Assembly: GCA_963771075.1 (NCBI GenBank)
Contig: CAVYSE010000006.1
Coordinates: 64,001-128,000 of the forward strand
DNA from: a candidate division FCPU426 bacterium
GTDB lineage: Bacteria > Oederibacteriota > Muellerivitia > Muellerivitales > Muellerivitaceae
Direction: 5' to 3'
Length of the DNA stretch: 64,000 nucleotides
The position numbers and the translations under genes are program-made. Position 1 is the stretch's first letter; the number at the start of each line of letters is the position of its first letter. Positions 50,164-59,942 of this stretch are shown here, piece after piece. The notes under the pieces are model-generated. The model saw only the letters and a program-made list of their open reading frames with translations, ran no database searches and was not told the origin of the DNA.

Positions 50164-50195
50164 AAATTCGGTATAATTATAGTTATACCGAATTT
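50164..50195. other. Symmetric dif/lox-like recombination site (13-6-13)
   Basis: AAATTCGGTATAA-TTATAG-TTATACCGAATTT, perfect inverted arms, ending 2 nt before the recombinase ATG. Confidence 0.75.
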
Positions 50196-50197
50196 CG

Positions 50198-51235
50198 ATG
50201 AAAACAAAACCTCAAGTTGAATTGAAAATTAATGTTTTAAGTCTTCTGGAGCTAAAGCCTTATTCCGGGTTCTTAGCTCTTTGTAAATCCATTCATACAA
50301 AAGCCAATTATCATCAGGATCTTCGGGTACTAAAACAATTTCTAGATCAAAGCGGTATAACAGACCCTATAAAAGTGCAACCCATTGATATGACTCGGTT
50401 CGCTAGTCATTTAATTAAACCGAACCTTACCCCTTCCGGAAAGCCTCGAGCAGCTTATTCCACTCGCTCTGTTAAGCGCATTTTGGCCTCCACACGGTCT
50501 TTTTACCGCTATTTGGCCTCTATCCAGCATATAACCACGGACCCCACTGCGGTCTTTCACAACTTGGCGATTCGCAGTCCCCAACGCAATCCCCGGCCGC
50601 TTCAACCCAAAGACCGCGAGCTCTTAGTTCGTCACCTCAAAACTGATACCCTGGATGACATACGGATAAGCCTTGCCGTCCTCTTTGGATACCATTGCGG
50701 ACTTCGGGTCTCTGAAATCTCCCAATTGAGCTTAAGAGACCTGGATCTTACGCGCGGCCTAGTCACGGTCATTGGCAAGGGCGACAAGGAACGAGTCGTT
50801 CCCATGACCGATCCGCTCGTTAATTTGATTCAGAAATACATTCAAATTCAAACGGAATACCAGGGCCAATATCTTTTCCCAAGCCCTCGTACCGATGCAA
50901 AGCCTATTCACGTGGATTACTTGGAAACCTGGGTTAAAAAGGCAGCCCTATGGGCAAAATTGGACCATGCGGAAGAATTGACAGTACATGTTTTAAGGCA
51001 TTCTTTTGGGACCCAATTAGCTGAAGCGGGCGCAAGCGTTTACGAAATTCGGGACCTCATGGGCCATTCCAGTATCATGGTCAGCGAAAATTACGTGAAG
51101 TTGGCTTCCACTAAGGCCCAGCAAGCCCATCGGAAAGCCTTTCCAGTCACCTGGACCTCGATGGCGCTCCAACTTCAGGCACAAGACGGGCCTGCGTCGG
51201 TTCTAAAGAAACTGCGAAAGTTTAAGGGAACTTGA
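50198..51235 (+). CDS. Xer-like tyrosine recombinase
   Basis: GLRVSE, GKGDKER, HVLRHSF, LMGHSS, ENY: full catalytic set; N-terminal core-binding domain. Confidence 0.95.
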   Translation: MKTKPQVELKINVLSLLELKPYSGFLALCKSIHTKANYHQDLRVLKQFLDQSGITDPIKVQPIDMTRFASHLIKPNLTPSGKPRAAYSTRSVKRILASTRSFYRYLASIQHITTDPTAVFHNLAIRSPQRNPRPLQPKDRELLVRHLKTDTLDDIRISLAVLFGYHCGLRVSEISQLSLRDLDLTRGLVTVIGKGDKERVVPMTDPLVNLIQKYIQIQTEYQGQYLFPSPRTDAKPIHVDYLETWVKKAALWAKLDHAEELTVHVLRHSFGTQLAEAGASVYEIRDLMGHSSIMVSENYVKLASTKAQQAHRKAFPVTWTSMALQLQAQDGPASVLKKLRKFKGT

Positions 51236-51662
51236 AAATTTTATGATGGCTTTGAGGGTTATTTTTTAAAGTACAAGTCTCAAGTCTATATTTACCACTG
51301 TATTATTAGGTGATTTAATCCGTATCAAAAACCAAAATAATGGAATGCAAATTTTTAACGCCGAAACGTCCAATTTTGCGTTTAAAGGGCGTTTTTTTAA
51401 AAGATATTATTTTAAAAGTCTTATTGGACGTTCATATTTAAAGGCTAAATTGACCTTGAATCGGGGTTCCAAACCATTCGATTCAGCCTTGTAACGCACC
51501 TGTAAATTAATACAAACAGTCAATTTTAACGAGGTAACTTATCCGCAGAATGCTTTAAGCAGGTTGATAAAGCCCTAGAAACATTTTTTGATAACAAAAA
51601 GCTTGTTTTAACAGTAAAAATGACGTTTCTGGAAAAGTTAAGGTTTTACTTGAGGTGAATTT

Positions 51663-52838
51663 TTGATCGAATTCTCAAAAAAAATTCCGGGCGATTTAAC
51701 ACCGAACCCCATTTCAAGGTTAACTGATTCCCTGCCAGCGGGTTTTTACATTGATTTGACCGTCTCGAACCCAACCCAATGCGGGTTTGATTATCCTTCA
51801 GATTTGTTGTTACCACTTTCAGAACCTCAAAACATGCTCTATGAACCTGATGCCAAAGGGATGCTTGAGGCAAGGAAGGCCTTGGCAAAACATGTGACAG
51901 CGAAAGGGATTCAAGTTTCGGAACAACAATTAATTTTGACTTCGAGTACGAGCGAAGCTTATTCCTACCTGTTCAAATTGCTTGGGAATCCGAGCGATAA
52001 AGCGTTAATTCCTAGCCCTGGATACCCCTTGTTGGAGCTTTTGGCTCGCTTGGATTCGATCCAACCCATTCCCTATCCATTCAAAACCCAACCTGGTTGG
52101 CCGCTTGACAGGCCCCAATTCATAAATTTGTTGAAGGAGAATCCCAAGTTTGTTTTAAGTGTTAATCCCCAAAATCCAACCGGCGTGCCTCTTTCAGACG
52201 ACGATTTAGTCTTTGTTTTAGAACAATGCGCCCTTAGAAGTATGGCTTTTATATCAGACGAGGTCTTTTGGGATTTCTTAATGCCCACTCGACCGATCCG
52301 GCTTTTTCCTAATCCGAATGTACTTACATTCCGATTAGGGGGTATTTCCAAAAGCTTAGGCTTGCCCCAACTAAAACTCGCTTGGATCATTGTGGAAGGA
52401 CCAGCATTGTTAGTTTCCGAATCGATTGAAAGGTTAGATTTTATATCGGATACCTATTTATCCCTTCAATCGCCTGTTCAAAATTCCTTATCAAAATTAT
52501 TGTCCACATCAGAGCATTTCCAAAACCAAGTGATGGTTCGCATAAGTCAGAATAGGAGATTTTTGGAGGCGAAATTCGCTGTTTTTAACAACCGCGTCAA
52601 GCTTTGGCCGATGGAAGGTGGATGGTACAACTTGATTGAAATCGTTAATTCGCCATTCAATGATGAGGCATGGGTTATCGCATTAATGAATGAAGAGAAG
52701 GTGATCATCCAACCAGGATGTTTTTATGACATCGAAGAGGGATGTTTTGGTGTCATCAGCCTAATCACAAAACGAGAAATTTTTGAGCTTGGAGTGGACA
52801 AACTCATACAATTTCTGAGAAAGAAATTACGAGTTTAA
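51663..52838 (+). CDS. PLP-dependent aminotransferase class I/II
   Basis: DLTVSNPT, NPQNPTG, DEVF, GISKSLGLPQLKLAW. Confidence 0.92.
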   Translation: MIEFSKKIPGDLTPNPISRLTDSLPAGFYIDLTVSNPTQCGFDYPSDLLLPLSEPQNMLYEPDAKGMLEARKALAKHVTAKGIQVSEQQLILTSSTSEAYSYLFKLLGNPSDKALIPSPGYPLLELLARLDSIQPIPYPFKTQPGWPLDRPQFINLLKENPKFVLSVNPQNPTGVPLSDDDLVFVLEQCALRSMAFISDEVFWDFLMPTRPIRLFPNPNVLTFRLGGISKSLGLPQLKLAWIIVEGPALLVSESIERLDFISDTYLSLQSPVQNSLSKLLSTSEHFQNQVMVRISQNRRFLEAKFAVFNNRVKLWPMEGGWYNLIEIVNSPFNDEAWVIALMNEEKVIIQPGCFYDIEEGCFGVISLITKREIFELGVDKLIQFLRKKLRV

Positions 52839-53531
52839 CTCACTAAGCCTTTGGGCCGCTTCCTTGCCCCAATTGGTGTCGGCGTATTGCTTAGCTGTTA
52901 ATTTCAACTCTTCCACAGCCTTATCCTTATTCTGATTTTTGAGATAGGCTTCCGACAAACGCAATTGAATCTCGGGGGTCATAAAACCCTGCGGTTGTTC
53001 TTTTAAAAAAAGTTCTAGCATATTGATTACTTGTGGCCATTGATTTTGGGCTTCCAGGCATAGAATTTTTCCCAAAGCGGCCTCACTTCCCAAAGGACTA
53101 TCTTTCAAGGATTGAGAAGCGACGTCGAATCCAGCATAAGCTTGAGGATATTGTCCTAAAAAGTATTGGCATTTAGCTTCGAAAAAACGACCGACTTTAG
53201 CTGTTTTCGTTCCGGCATAATCGGTCGTGATGCGATGGAAGGCTTGAAGAGCTTGTTGATATTTCTCGGCTTCAGTTTTGAAGGGACCGTTTTTGGGATC
53301 TACCGAAGCTTGAAGATAATATTGGGCCAAATTCAAAGTGTTTTGAGCGTCTTTTTCACTTTGTTCAAGACTGTGCAGGTAATAGGGGATGCCAAAAGCA
53401 ACGAGCAAAAGAATAATGACGCCTACAAAGACTATCTCTTGATGGGCTTTTGCCCAAGCCAAAACCTTTTTAAATTGGTTCTGGTCGGTGTTGTGGGAAA
53501 CTCCGGGTACAGGGTGGATCGCTTGCGTCAT
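52827..53531 (-). CDS. Membrane-anchored TPR protein (YfgM-like)
   Basis: Single TM helix followed by TPRs. Confidence 0.8.
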   Translation of the reverse strand: MTQAIHPVPGVSHNTDQNQFKKVLAWAKAHQEIVFVGVIILLLVAFGIPYYLHSLEQSEKDAQNTLNLAQYYLQASVDPKNGPFKTEAEKYQQALQAFHRITTDYAGTKTAKVGRFFEAKCQYFLGQYPQAYAGFDVASQSLKDSPLGSEAALGKILCLEAQNQWPQVINMLELFLKEQPQGFMTPEIQLRLSEAYLKNQNKDKAVEELKLTAKQYADTNWGKEAAQRLSELNS

Positions 53532-53562
53532 TTCATGTCCTTCATTCGTTTTCTCTGAAAGC

Positions 53563-53588
53563 GAAGCCTTCCTCTAGAGGAAGGCTTC
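53563..53588 (-). terminator. Hairpin downstream of tRNA-Arg
   Basis: GAAGCCTTCCTC-TA-GAGGAAGGCTTC. Confidence 0.6.
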
Positions 53589-53594
53589 ATCGGG

Positions 53595-53671
53595 TGGTAC
53601 CCTCGACGCGAATCGAACGCGTGACCTACCCTTTAGGAAAGGGTCGCTCTATCCAACTGAGCTACGAGGGC
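53595..53671 (-). tRNA. tRNA-Arg (anticodon CCT)
   Basis: GCCCTCG acceptor stem; ACCCT-TTCCTAA-AGGGT; CCA end. Confidence 0.96.
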
Positions 53672-53704
53672 CCTCAAATATTTTTTCTGTCCAAAAATGA
53701 AAAA

Positions 53705-54217
53705 TTAGTATTGGATTATAGAAAAAACAGGGGTGGAATTCAATTTTTGCTTCCCCTTAAGGAAAAGAAGTTCCATTAAAAAACTGGCTTCCGATACTTT
53801 CCCACCCGCTTTCTCCACCAATCGAACGGCGGCAGCGGCGGTTCCCCCAGTAGCTAACACATCGTCCAAGACCACGACCCGATCACCTGAATTTAGAGCA
53901 TCCTGGTGAATTTCAAGGGTATCTTTACCATATTCGAGTTCATATGTTTCATTGAAAGTTTTCCAAGGCAACTTTCCGGGTTTCCGAACTGGAACAAAAC
54001 CAATCCCTAAGCGATTGGCCAAGGCGGCTCCAAAAATAAAACCTCTGGATTCCATCGCGACGATAGCGTTTATCTTTTGGGAGGCGTAACGTTCCGCCCA
54101 AAGGGTTAGAACAGAGTTGAAGGCCTCGGGACTTTTCAATAATGGGGTAATGTCCTTGAAAACAATACCTGGCTTGGGAAAATCCGGAACATCCCGAATA
54201 AAAGATTTAATATCCAT
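53705..54217 (-). CDS. apt: Adenine phosphoribosyltransferase
   Basis: PDFPKPGIVFKDITP, ESRGF, LEYG, DDVLATGGT. Confidence 0.98.
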   Translation of the reverse strand: MDIKSFIRDVPDFPKPGIVFKDITPLLKSPEAFNSVLTLWAERYASQKINAIVAMESRGFIFGAALANRLGIGFVPVRKPGKLPWKTFNETYELEYGKDTLEIHQDALNSGDRVVVLDDVLATGGTAAAAVRLVEKAGGKVSEASFLMELLFLKGKQKLNSTPVFSIIQY

Positions 54218-54282
54218 AAATCCTCCGAAAGAAAATAAAAATAGGATTTAAAAGTTTTTAAAGGGTGAATTGGAGTGGCATT

Positions 54283-55238
54283 CTACACAAATTCGTTCAG
54301 AAGTTCATGATATTCTTGTTGGCGGGATTTTATCAAAGTACGAATTTTCTGAAGGGCTTTTTCTTCGATTTGGCGAATTCTTTCACGTGTCACTCCCAAG
54401 GATTGACCGGTTTGTTCGAGGGTATGGGATTGATCGGTGTCGATTCCAAACCTCATTTGAACCACTTTTTGTTCTTTTTCGGATAAGTTTGCGGATCAGG
54501 CGATCGAGTTTTTCACGCCGTAATTGATAAAAAAACGACTGGGCGGGATTGATCGTGTTTTTGTCCTCAATAAAATCGCCGAAATTCTTGGCGTGATTCT
54601 CGTCCCCGACCGGATGCTCCAAAGAAACATCCCTTTGGGCCAAACGATGGAGTTTATGGATCTTTTCGAATTTGATTTTCGCGGATTTGGATAATTCCAA
54701 TAGGCTTGGATCACGACCTAATTTTTCCGTCAAGGTTCGGCTAATTCGTTCAACCCGGCTGATGTCTTCCGAAACATGAACGGGAACACGAACCGTTCTT
54801 GAGTAATTGGAAAGTGCTCGGGTTATGGCCTGACGGATCCACCAAGTGGCGTAGGTGCTAAACTTAAACCCGCGTCGCCAAGAGAATTTCTCGCTCGCCT
54901 TGATCAATCCCAAATTGCCTTCTTCGATCAAGTCCTGGAAAGTTAGGCCATGGTACATGTATTTCTTCGCGACATTAATGACCAACCTTAAATTGGAAGC
55001 AATCAAGATGTGTTTGGCTTCTTCGTCCCCTTTTTCGATCCTTTTGGCCAAGACCACTTCTTCTTTAGCCGTTAACAAGGGTATTTTGGAAATCTCTCGG
55101 AAGTACAATTTCAGGCTGTCGGTGGTAACTCGCTCGTTTTTAGAAAGGGGTAAATGTTTTACAGCTATGGTGGTTAGGTTGCAGAGTTGTTTGGATTTCA
55201 GTTTTAGGTTTGTGTTGCGAGCCTAAACTTTTGGCCAT
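54283..55238 (-). pseudogene. RpoD/RpoS-family sigma factor with two apparent +1 frameshifts
   Basis: DSLKLYFREI, NLRLV, FSTYATWWIRQ; region 4 (TLEQTG...TRERIRQIE) lies in another frame; ATG 55238 is also out of frame. Confidence 0.8.
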
Positions 55239-55239
55239 T

Positions 55240-55515
55240 TCAGTACCTGATCAAGAAATTCAAACCATCCGGTTCAGCTTGGACCCATTGGGAATGAAAC
55301 TCGGTTACCTTGCTTCCCAAACAGCCTTCTTTTAAAACTTGCATAAACTGTTCCAAGTTATTTGCGGACCCAAAAGCCAATACCTCCACCCCGCCATCGG
55401 GAGTATTGCGTACCCATCCGGTGATTCCCCTTTCTACAGCCTTCATTTGCGTGAAATTACGAAAACCAACCCCCTGGACTCGCCCCCTAAGAGTGATGGA
55501 TATACCCTTCCCCAT
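55240..55515 (-). CDS. acyP: Acylphosphatase
   Basis: GRVQGVGFR, GWVRN. Confidence 0.95.
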   Translation of the reverse strand: MGKGISITLRGRVQGVGFRNFTQMKAVERGITGWVRNTPDGGVEVLAFGSANNLEQFMQVLKEGCLGSKVTEFHSQWVQAEPDGLNFLIRY

Positions 55516-55680
55516 GCGAATACTCCTTTTAAAATGTCTTTAAAATCATGGATTTGTCAGTTTTTTGAATAGGCAATAAGGATTTTGACTAGTAAATCTG
55601 AAAATTATGATATTTAAGCAATCAAGAGCCAGGATTTAAGAGAGAGGAAGTTTGAATGATGATGGAAATAAGATGAATAA

Positions 55681-55757
55681 TGGTCGGGGCGGCAGGATTT
55701 GAACCTGCGACCTTTTGCACCCCATGCAACTGCGCTACCGAGCTGCGCCACGCCCCG
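55681..55757 (-). tRNA. tRNA-Pro (anticodon GGG)
   Basis: CGGGGCG acceptor stem, TTGC-ATGGGGT-GCAA, CCA end. Confidence 0.95.
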
Positions 55758-55806
55758 ATATTCCGACCATTATGCATTAAAAACCTGTGTTTTAGACAGG
55801 ATATCC

Positions 55807-55883
<77 letters not shown>

Positions 55884-56001
55884 TCCAAAGATACCTTGCC
55901 AAACTTAGTTACAACTTGCGGCAATTGAAAATGAACTTTTAAAAGGAAACTCATATTATTCTAAAACAGATAAGCCTTCAAGAAAAAGGGTGACCTTTTT
56001 A

Positions 56002-56430
56002 TTAAGCCAAATTGTATTTTTGCAGGATCTTCCTGATTTCGAGGATCAAATTCTTAAACTCGAAACCCTTTTCAGGGTCCATATTAAACTTGCTTTTAGA
56101 TGGGGTCGGAGCTGTTATCCCCGGAATTTCGGGTGAAACCGGAGCGGGTTGTGCTAAAACAGGTGGAATATTCGTAAAATCAAAACCGGATTTTTCAAGT
56201 TCTTCTAATTTTTGCTTTGCTCCGGCAATGGTATATTTTTCAACGTAAAGAAGCTGTTTGATCAATTTGGCAATTTGAATATCTTGATTCCGGTATATTC
56301 GTTGGCCTGTTTCGGACTTTTGGGGATCCAACAAGGTGAATTCAGTTTCCCAATAGCGTAGAACATAGGGTTTTACTTCGATGATCTGGGCGACTTCTCC
56401 GATCGTAAAAAATAATTTCGTTTCGGTCAT
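56002..56430 (-). CDS. MerR-family regulator (ihfA-linked type)
   Basis: FTIGEVA...VLRYWETEF...YTIAGAK. Confidence 0.93.
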   Translation of the reverse strand: MTETKLFFTIGEVAQIIEVKPYVLRYWETEFTLLDPQKSETGQRIYRNQDIQIAKLIKQLLYVEKYTIAGAKQKLEELEKSGFDFTNIPPVLAQPAPVSPEIPGITAPTPSKSKFNMDPEKGFEFKNLILEIRKILQKYNLA

Positions 56431-56461
56431 TCTTTACTCCAGATGATTCGCGACTTAGCCA

Positions 56462-56707
56462 CTAAGGATTCAATTTCTTCTTAAATAGCGGGGCCGGTGT
56501 AAAAGATAAAACAAAATGTTTTTTTAATCGAAGGGTTTTACCGGTTTTTGGATTGCGAGCCCTTCTGGGTTCCCTGATTTTCCATTGCCAGGCGCCTAAA
56601 CCAACTATAGTTACTTTTTTCCCGGCCTTCAAGGCGTCCAAAATGGCGTCAAAAAAGGATTCAAGGGCGATTTGAGCCTGTTTTTTTTTGAGACCTAAAT
56701 CCATCAA
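56462..56707 (-). CDS. IHF/HU family DNA-binding protein (start probably further upstream)
   Basis: VTIVGLG, RRARNPKTG, FTPA. Confidence 0.9.
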   Translation of the reverse strand: MMDLGLKKKQAQIALESFFDAILDALKAGKKVTIVGLGAWQWKIREPRRARNPKTGKTLRLKKHFVLSFTPAPLFKKKLNP

Positions 56708-56744
56708 GGTTTTGATGAATTGGTCCCGCTTAAGGGGTTTTTGA

Positions 56745-57737
56745 TCAGTTGTTTTCAGGTTTGGCCACCCTTGCCAAAAGACTTTTCACCGCCTCGGCTG
56801 GGCTCTTCCTCTTAAATAATACATTATAAACTTCTTGGGTGATCGGTATTTCCACGGCTACGGTCGCGGCGAGATCCAGGGCAGCCTTGGCCGTATTCAG
56901 CCCTTCGGCCACCATGGTCATTTCGCTTAAGGCCTGTTCAAGGCTCTTTCCTTGGCCTATTTTTTCCCCAAGGAGGCGGTTACGACTATGTCGGCTGATG
57001 CAGGTGACGGTCAAATCGCCCATCCCTGTCAGACCCGCGAAAGTTTGAGGTTGGGCTCCCAGTGCCACTCCTAATCGGGTCATTTCGTACAACCCCCGCG
57101 TCATTAAGGCGGCTTTGGTGTTATCCCCCAACCCCAACCCATCGCCTATTCCCGCGGCGATAGCGATGACGTTTTTCAAAGACGCTCCCAACTCTACGCC
57201 GAGCATGTCGGGTGAGGTATAGACCCTAAAGTAGTCGGAATGGAATACATCCTGGATCTTACGGGCTAAACCTTCAACATTCGAGGCCGCCACGACCGTG
57301 GTTGGAAGCTTGCGGATTACTTCTTCCGCGTGGCTTGGCCCTGAAAGGACCGCAACAGGAGTCCCGGCGGGAAGATTTTGGTTCAAAACCTCTGAAAGCC
57401 GCAGGTGGGTCTGGGGTTCCAGCCCTTTGCTGACACAAACGGCCCATGCTTGGCTGGGCCAATGGGGTTTTGAGGAAAGGGCGGTGGAGCGAATGGCGTT
57501 TGAGGGGACGGCGAAAATAACGCCTTCCGCCGATTCGAGGCTTTTTGAAATAGAATTAGAGACCGCCACTTCTTTGGACAGGATCAAATCCGGCAGGAGC
57601 GAACTACGCCTTTGAATGGATAATTCCTCCGCTTGTTTGGGATCGAAAGCCCATAAAAAGACCTGATGGCCATTACCTTGCAAATGAGAAGCTAGCGCGG
57701 AACCCCAGCTTCCGGAACCTAAAACACAGATTTTCAC
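56745..57737 (-). CDS. gpsA: NAD(P)H-dependent glycerol-3-phosphate dehydrogenase
   Basis: GSGSWG, SGPSHAEE, LKNVIAIAAG, GDLTVTC, SRN. Confidence 0.97.
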   Translation of the reverse strand: MKICVLGSGSWGSALASHLQGNGHQVFLWAFDPKQAEELSIQRRSSLLPDLILSKEVAVSNSISKSLESAEGVIFAVPSNAIRSTALSSKPHWPSQAWAVCVSKGLEPQTHLRLSEVLNQNLPAGTPVAVLSGPSHAEEVIRKLPTTVVAASNVEGLARKIQDVFHSDYFRVYTSPDMLGVELGASLKNVIAIAAGIGDGLGLGDNTKAALMTRGLYEMTRLGVALGAQPQTFAGLTGMGDLTVTCISRHSRNRLLGEKIGQGKSLEQALSEMTMVAEGLNTAKAALDLAATVAVEIPITQEVYNVLFKRKSPAEAVKSLLARVAKPENN

Positions 57738-58354
57738 TGTTTATCCCCTGTTTTCTTATTTAAGCCGATCTTATTTTCGGTTCCTTCGGCGATGCGTTTC
57801 AAGTTGGAACGGTGGGTCCACCAGGCAAGGACGACCCCCAACATCGCCAGGCCTGTCGAATAGGGGTGCTGGCCCTGGCCAAGCGCGAGGCTTAAGGCCG
57901 CCATTGTCGTGACACCCGAGAGGCTCCCGACCGAAATCATCCGCCAAACGGCAAGGGCGCAAATAAAAACAAAGGTCCCGGCGAGACTGGGAATTAGAAG
58001 AAGCGAATAGAATACGCCAACGCTCACCCCAATTCCCTTCCCTCCCTTGAAATGCATGAATACCGAGAAAACATTCCCCAAGAGAACGGCAAGACCTGCG
58101 GCAACCCGGAACCACTCCGCGTCAGGCATTAATGCCTGGGCGCCCTTGACCGCCAAAACACCTTTGGTGATATCCAGCAATAGGGTCAGGACGCCCCATG
58201 GGGCTCCCACGACCCTCCAAACATTGGTCATGCCGATATTTCCGCTTCCTTGAGTTCGAATGTCGAAACCCTTCACGGCTTTAACCAATAAATAACCCGT
58301 CGGTATGGATCCCAACAGGTAAGCGGCGATCAGCCAGCAGGCAACAAGGGTCAT
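57734..58354 (-). CDS. plsY: Glycerol-3-phosphate acyltransferase
   Basis: YLLGSIP, GSGNIGMTN, FKGGKG, HRSN. Confidence 0.97.
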   Translation of the reverse strand: MTLVACWLIAAYLLGSIPTGYLLVKAVKGFDIRTQGSGNIGMTNVWRVVGAPWGVLTLLLDITKGVLAVKGAQALMPDAEWFRVAAGLAVLLGNVFSVFMHFKGGKGIGVSVGVFYSLLLIPSLAGTFVFICALAVWRMISVGSLSGVTTMAALSLALGQGQHPYSTGLAMLGVVLAWWTHRSNLKRIAEGTENKIGLNKKTGDKQ

Positions 58355-59805
58355 TTTTTCTTCTTCTTTCTGAAGTTCTTAATGCCGGTCTTATGGACTT
58401 GTTTTTTTATCCTGTCTTTTCGGATCTTGATGTTCGGGTCGAAATTACGCCTGTAACTTGGCCTTCTAACCTCCCCTTCCTCAGGTTTTTCTTTAAGGGC
58501 CAAGTGAAGGGGACATCTTTCCAGGCCCAGGGCCACCCTCATTTCATCCTCCAAAAATCGGAGATAAGAGGGAGCCATGCATTCGGCGTGGCGGACAAAT
58601 ATCTCAATGGCGGGCGGATGGCCCTTTCTTTGATACCCATAAAGGATTTTAACCTGGTTGCCCTTGCGGAATGGCGGGTTTTGCTTGCTGACAGCGGATT
58701 GGAGGGCGGCATTGACCTTGGAGGTCGAAACCTCCTTGCAGCTTTCCTCGAAAACGGAATTCACGGTCGGAAGGACTTTCTCCAAACCCTGTCCGGTCTT
58801 GGCGGATATGAACAAAACCGGCGCAAAATATAAAAGTCGCAATTCACGCCGGGTAATCCTCTCCGCCCGTGCCTGTTCCGCGCCCAGGGGATGGATATCC
58901 CACTTGTTGATGAGGATCACCACCGGCCTGAAGGCCTCATGAATGATCCGGCTGATCGTCACGTCCTGGTGGGTAATTCCCTTCTCCCCGTCCACCAGCA
59001 AAACGGCCACTTGGCAGGTCTGAAGTTCAAATAAGGCCTGTTCCACGCTCATTTTCTCGATCCGGCTGTCCTGTTGCTTGGACAAACGGATGCCGGCGGT
59101 ATCGACGACCGTCATCAAGGAATCGGGGGTTTCTATTATGACCGGGATCGCGTCGTGGGTCGTACCGGCCAAATCATCAACCAAGAGCCGGTTTTCGCCT
59201 AGGAGGGCGTTCGCGAGGGAGGATTTACCGACATTGGGTTTCCCCAAGATGGCTATCCGGATGGGCCGGTCGGGGTCCTCGGACTGATCATCCAGCGGTT
59301 TCGGCGCGGGCAGGTGCAGGATCAATTCATCCAAAAAGTCGTCAATTCCTATGCCGTGCAGGGCCGAGATGGGGAAAACCTTCCGAAATCCCAGGGTCGT
59401 AAAATCGGAAATCAGCTCGTCTTTTCGGCTGAATTCATCCACTTTATTGATCACCAGCCAGGGTTGAACGCCTTTTTTTCTCAGGTGGCGGATCACCAGA
59501 TCGTCCGAAGGGGAAAGACCCTCCAGGGCGTCGACCAGCATCACCAATACGGGCGCCTGATTGATCTTTTCATCAAGTTTTTGCCCGACCTTGCTGGCGA
59601 TGGAATCCTTCTCGCCGGGGACCCAACCGCCCGAATCGGTCAAAAGGAAGGTAACGCCTTGCCATTCCACCTCATGCGTTTTGAAATCGCGCGTAGAACC
59701 GGGTTGATTGTCGACCAGGGCCAGGTTCTTGCCGACCAAACGGTTAAAAAAGGTGGATTTGCCCACATTGGGTCTTCCGATGATCAAAACTTCCGGGTAA
59801 GGCAT
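58351..59805 (-). CDS. der: Ribosome biogenesis GTPase Der
   Basis: Two GTPase domains (GRPNVGKS, GKPNVGKS) plus KH-like C-terminus. Confidence 0.97.
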   Translation of the reverse strand: MPYPEVLIIGRPNVGKSTFFNRLVGKNLALVDNQPGSTRDFKTHEVEWQGVTFLLTDSGGWVPGEKDSIASKVGQKLDEKINQAPVLVMLVDALEGLSPSDDLVIRHLRKKGVQPWLVINKVDEFSRKDELISDFTTLGFRKVFPISALHGIGIDDFLDELILHLPAPKPLDDQSEDPDRPIRIAILGKPNVGKSSLANALLGENRLLVDDLAGTTHDAIPVIIETPDSLMTVVDTAGIRLSKQQDSRIEKMSVEQALFELQTCQVAVLLVDGEKGITHQDVTISRIIHEAFRPVVILINKWDIHPLGAEQARAERITRRELRLLYFAPVLFISAKTGQGLEKVLPTVNSVFEESCKEVSTSKVNAALQSAVSKQNPPFRKGNQVKILYGYQRKGHPPAIEIFVRHAECMAPSYLRFLEDEMRVALGLERCPLHLALKEKPEEGEVRRPSYRRNFDPNIKIRKDRIKKQVHKTGIKNFRKKKKK

Positions 59806-59942
59806 TTACCTATCTCCTAATCTTCAGCCATTCATTGAAAAGGTACTATACCGACCTCAATAAAAATCAAAATGAGGGTCGGCAGTTATCGTTTCTGCTA
59901 TTTTAAAATTCCCATACAGCCGCTCAGCGGTAAGAAACTGGG

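Noticed and set aside
50198..51235. Integron integrase or prophage integrase
   Set aside because: Lacks the IntI-specific insertion; no attC array, phage genes or adjacent tRNA att site; flanks are ordinary enzymes
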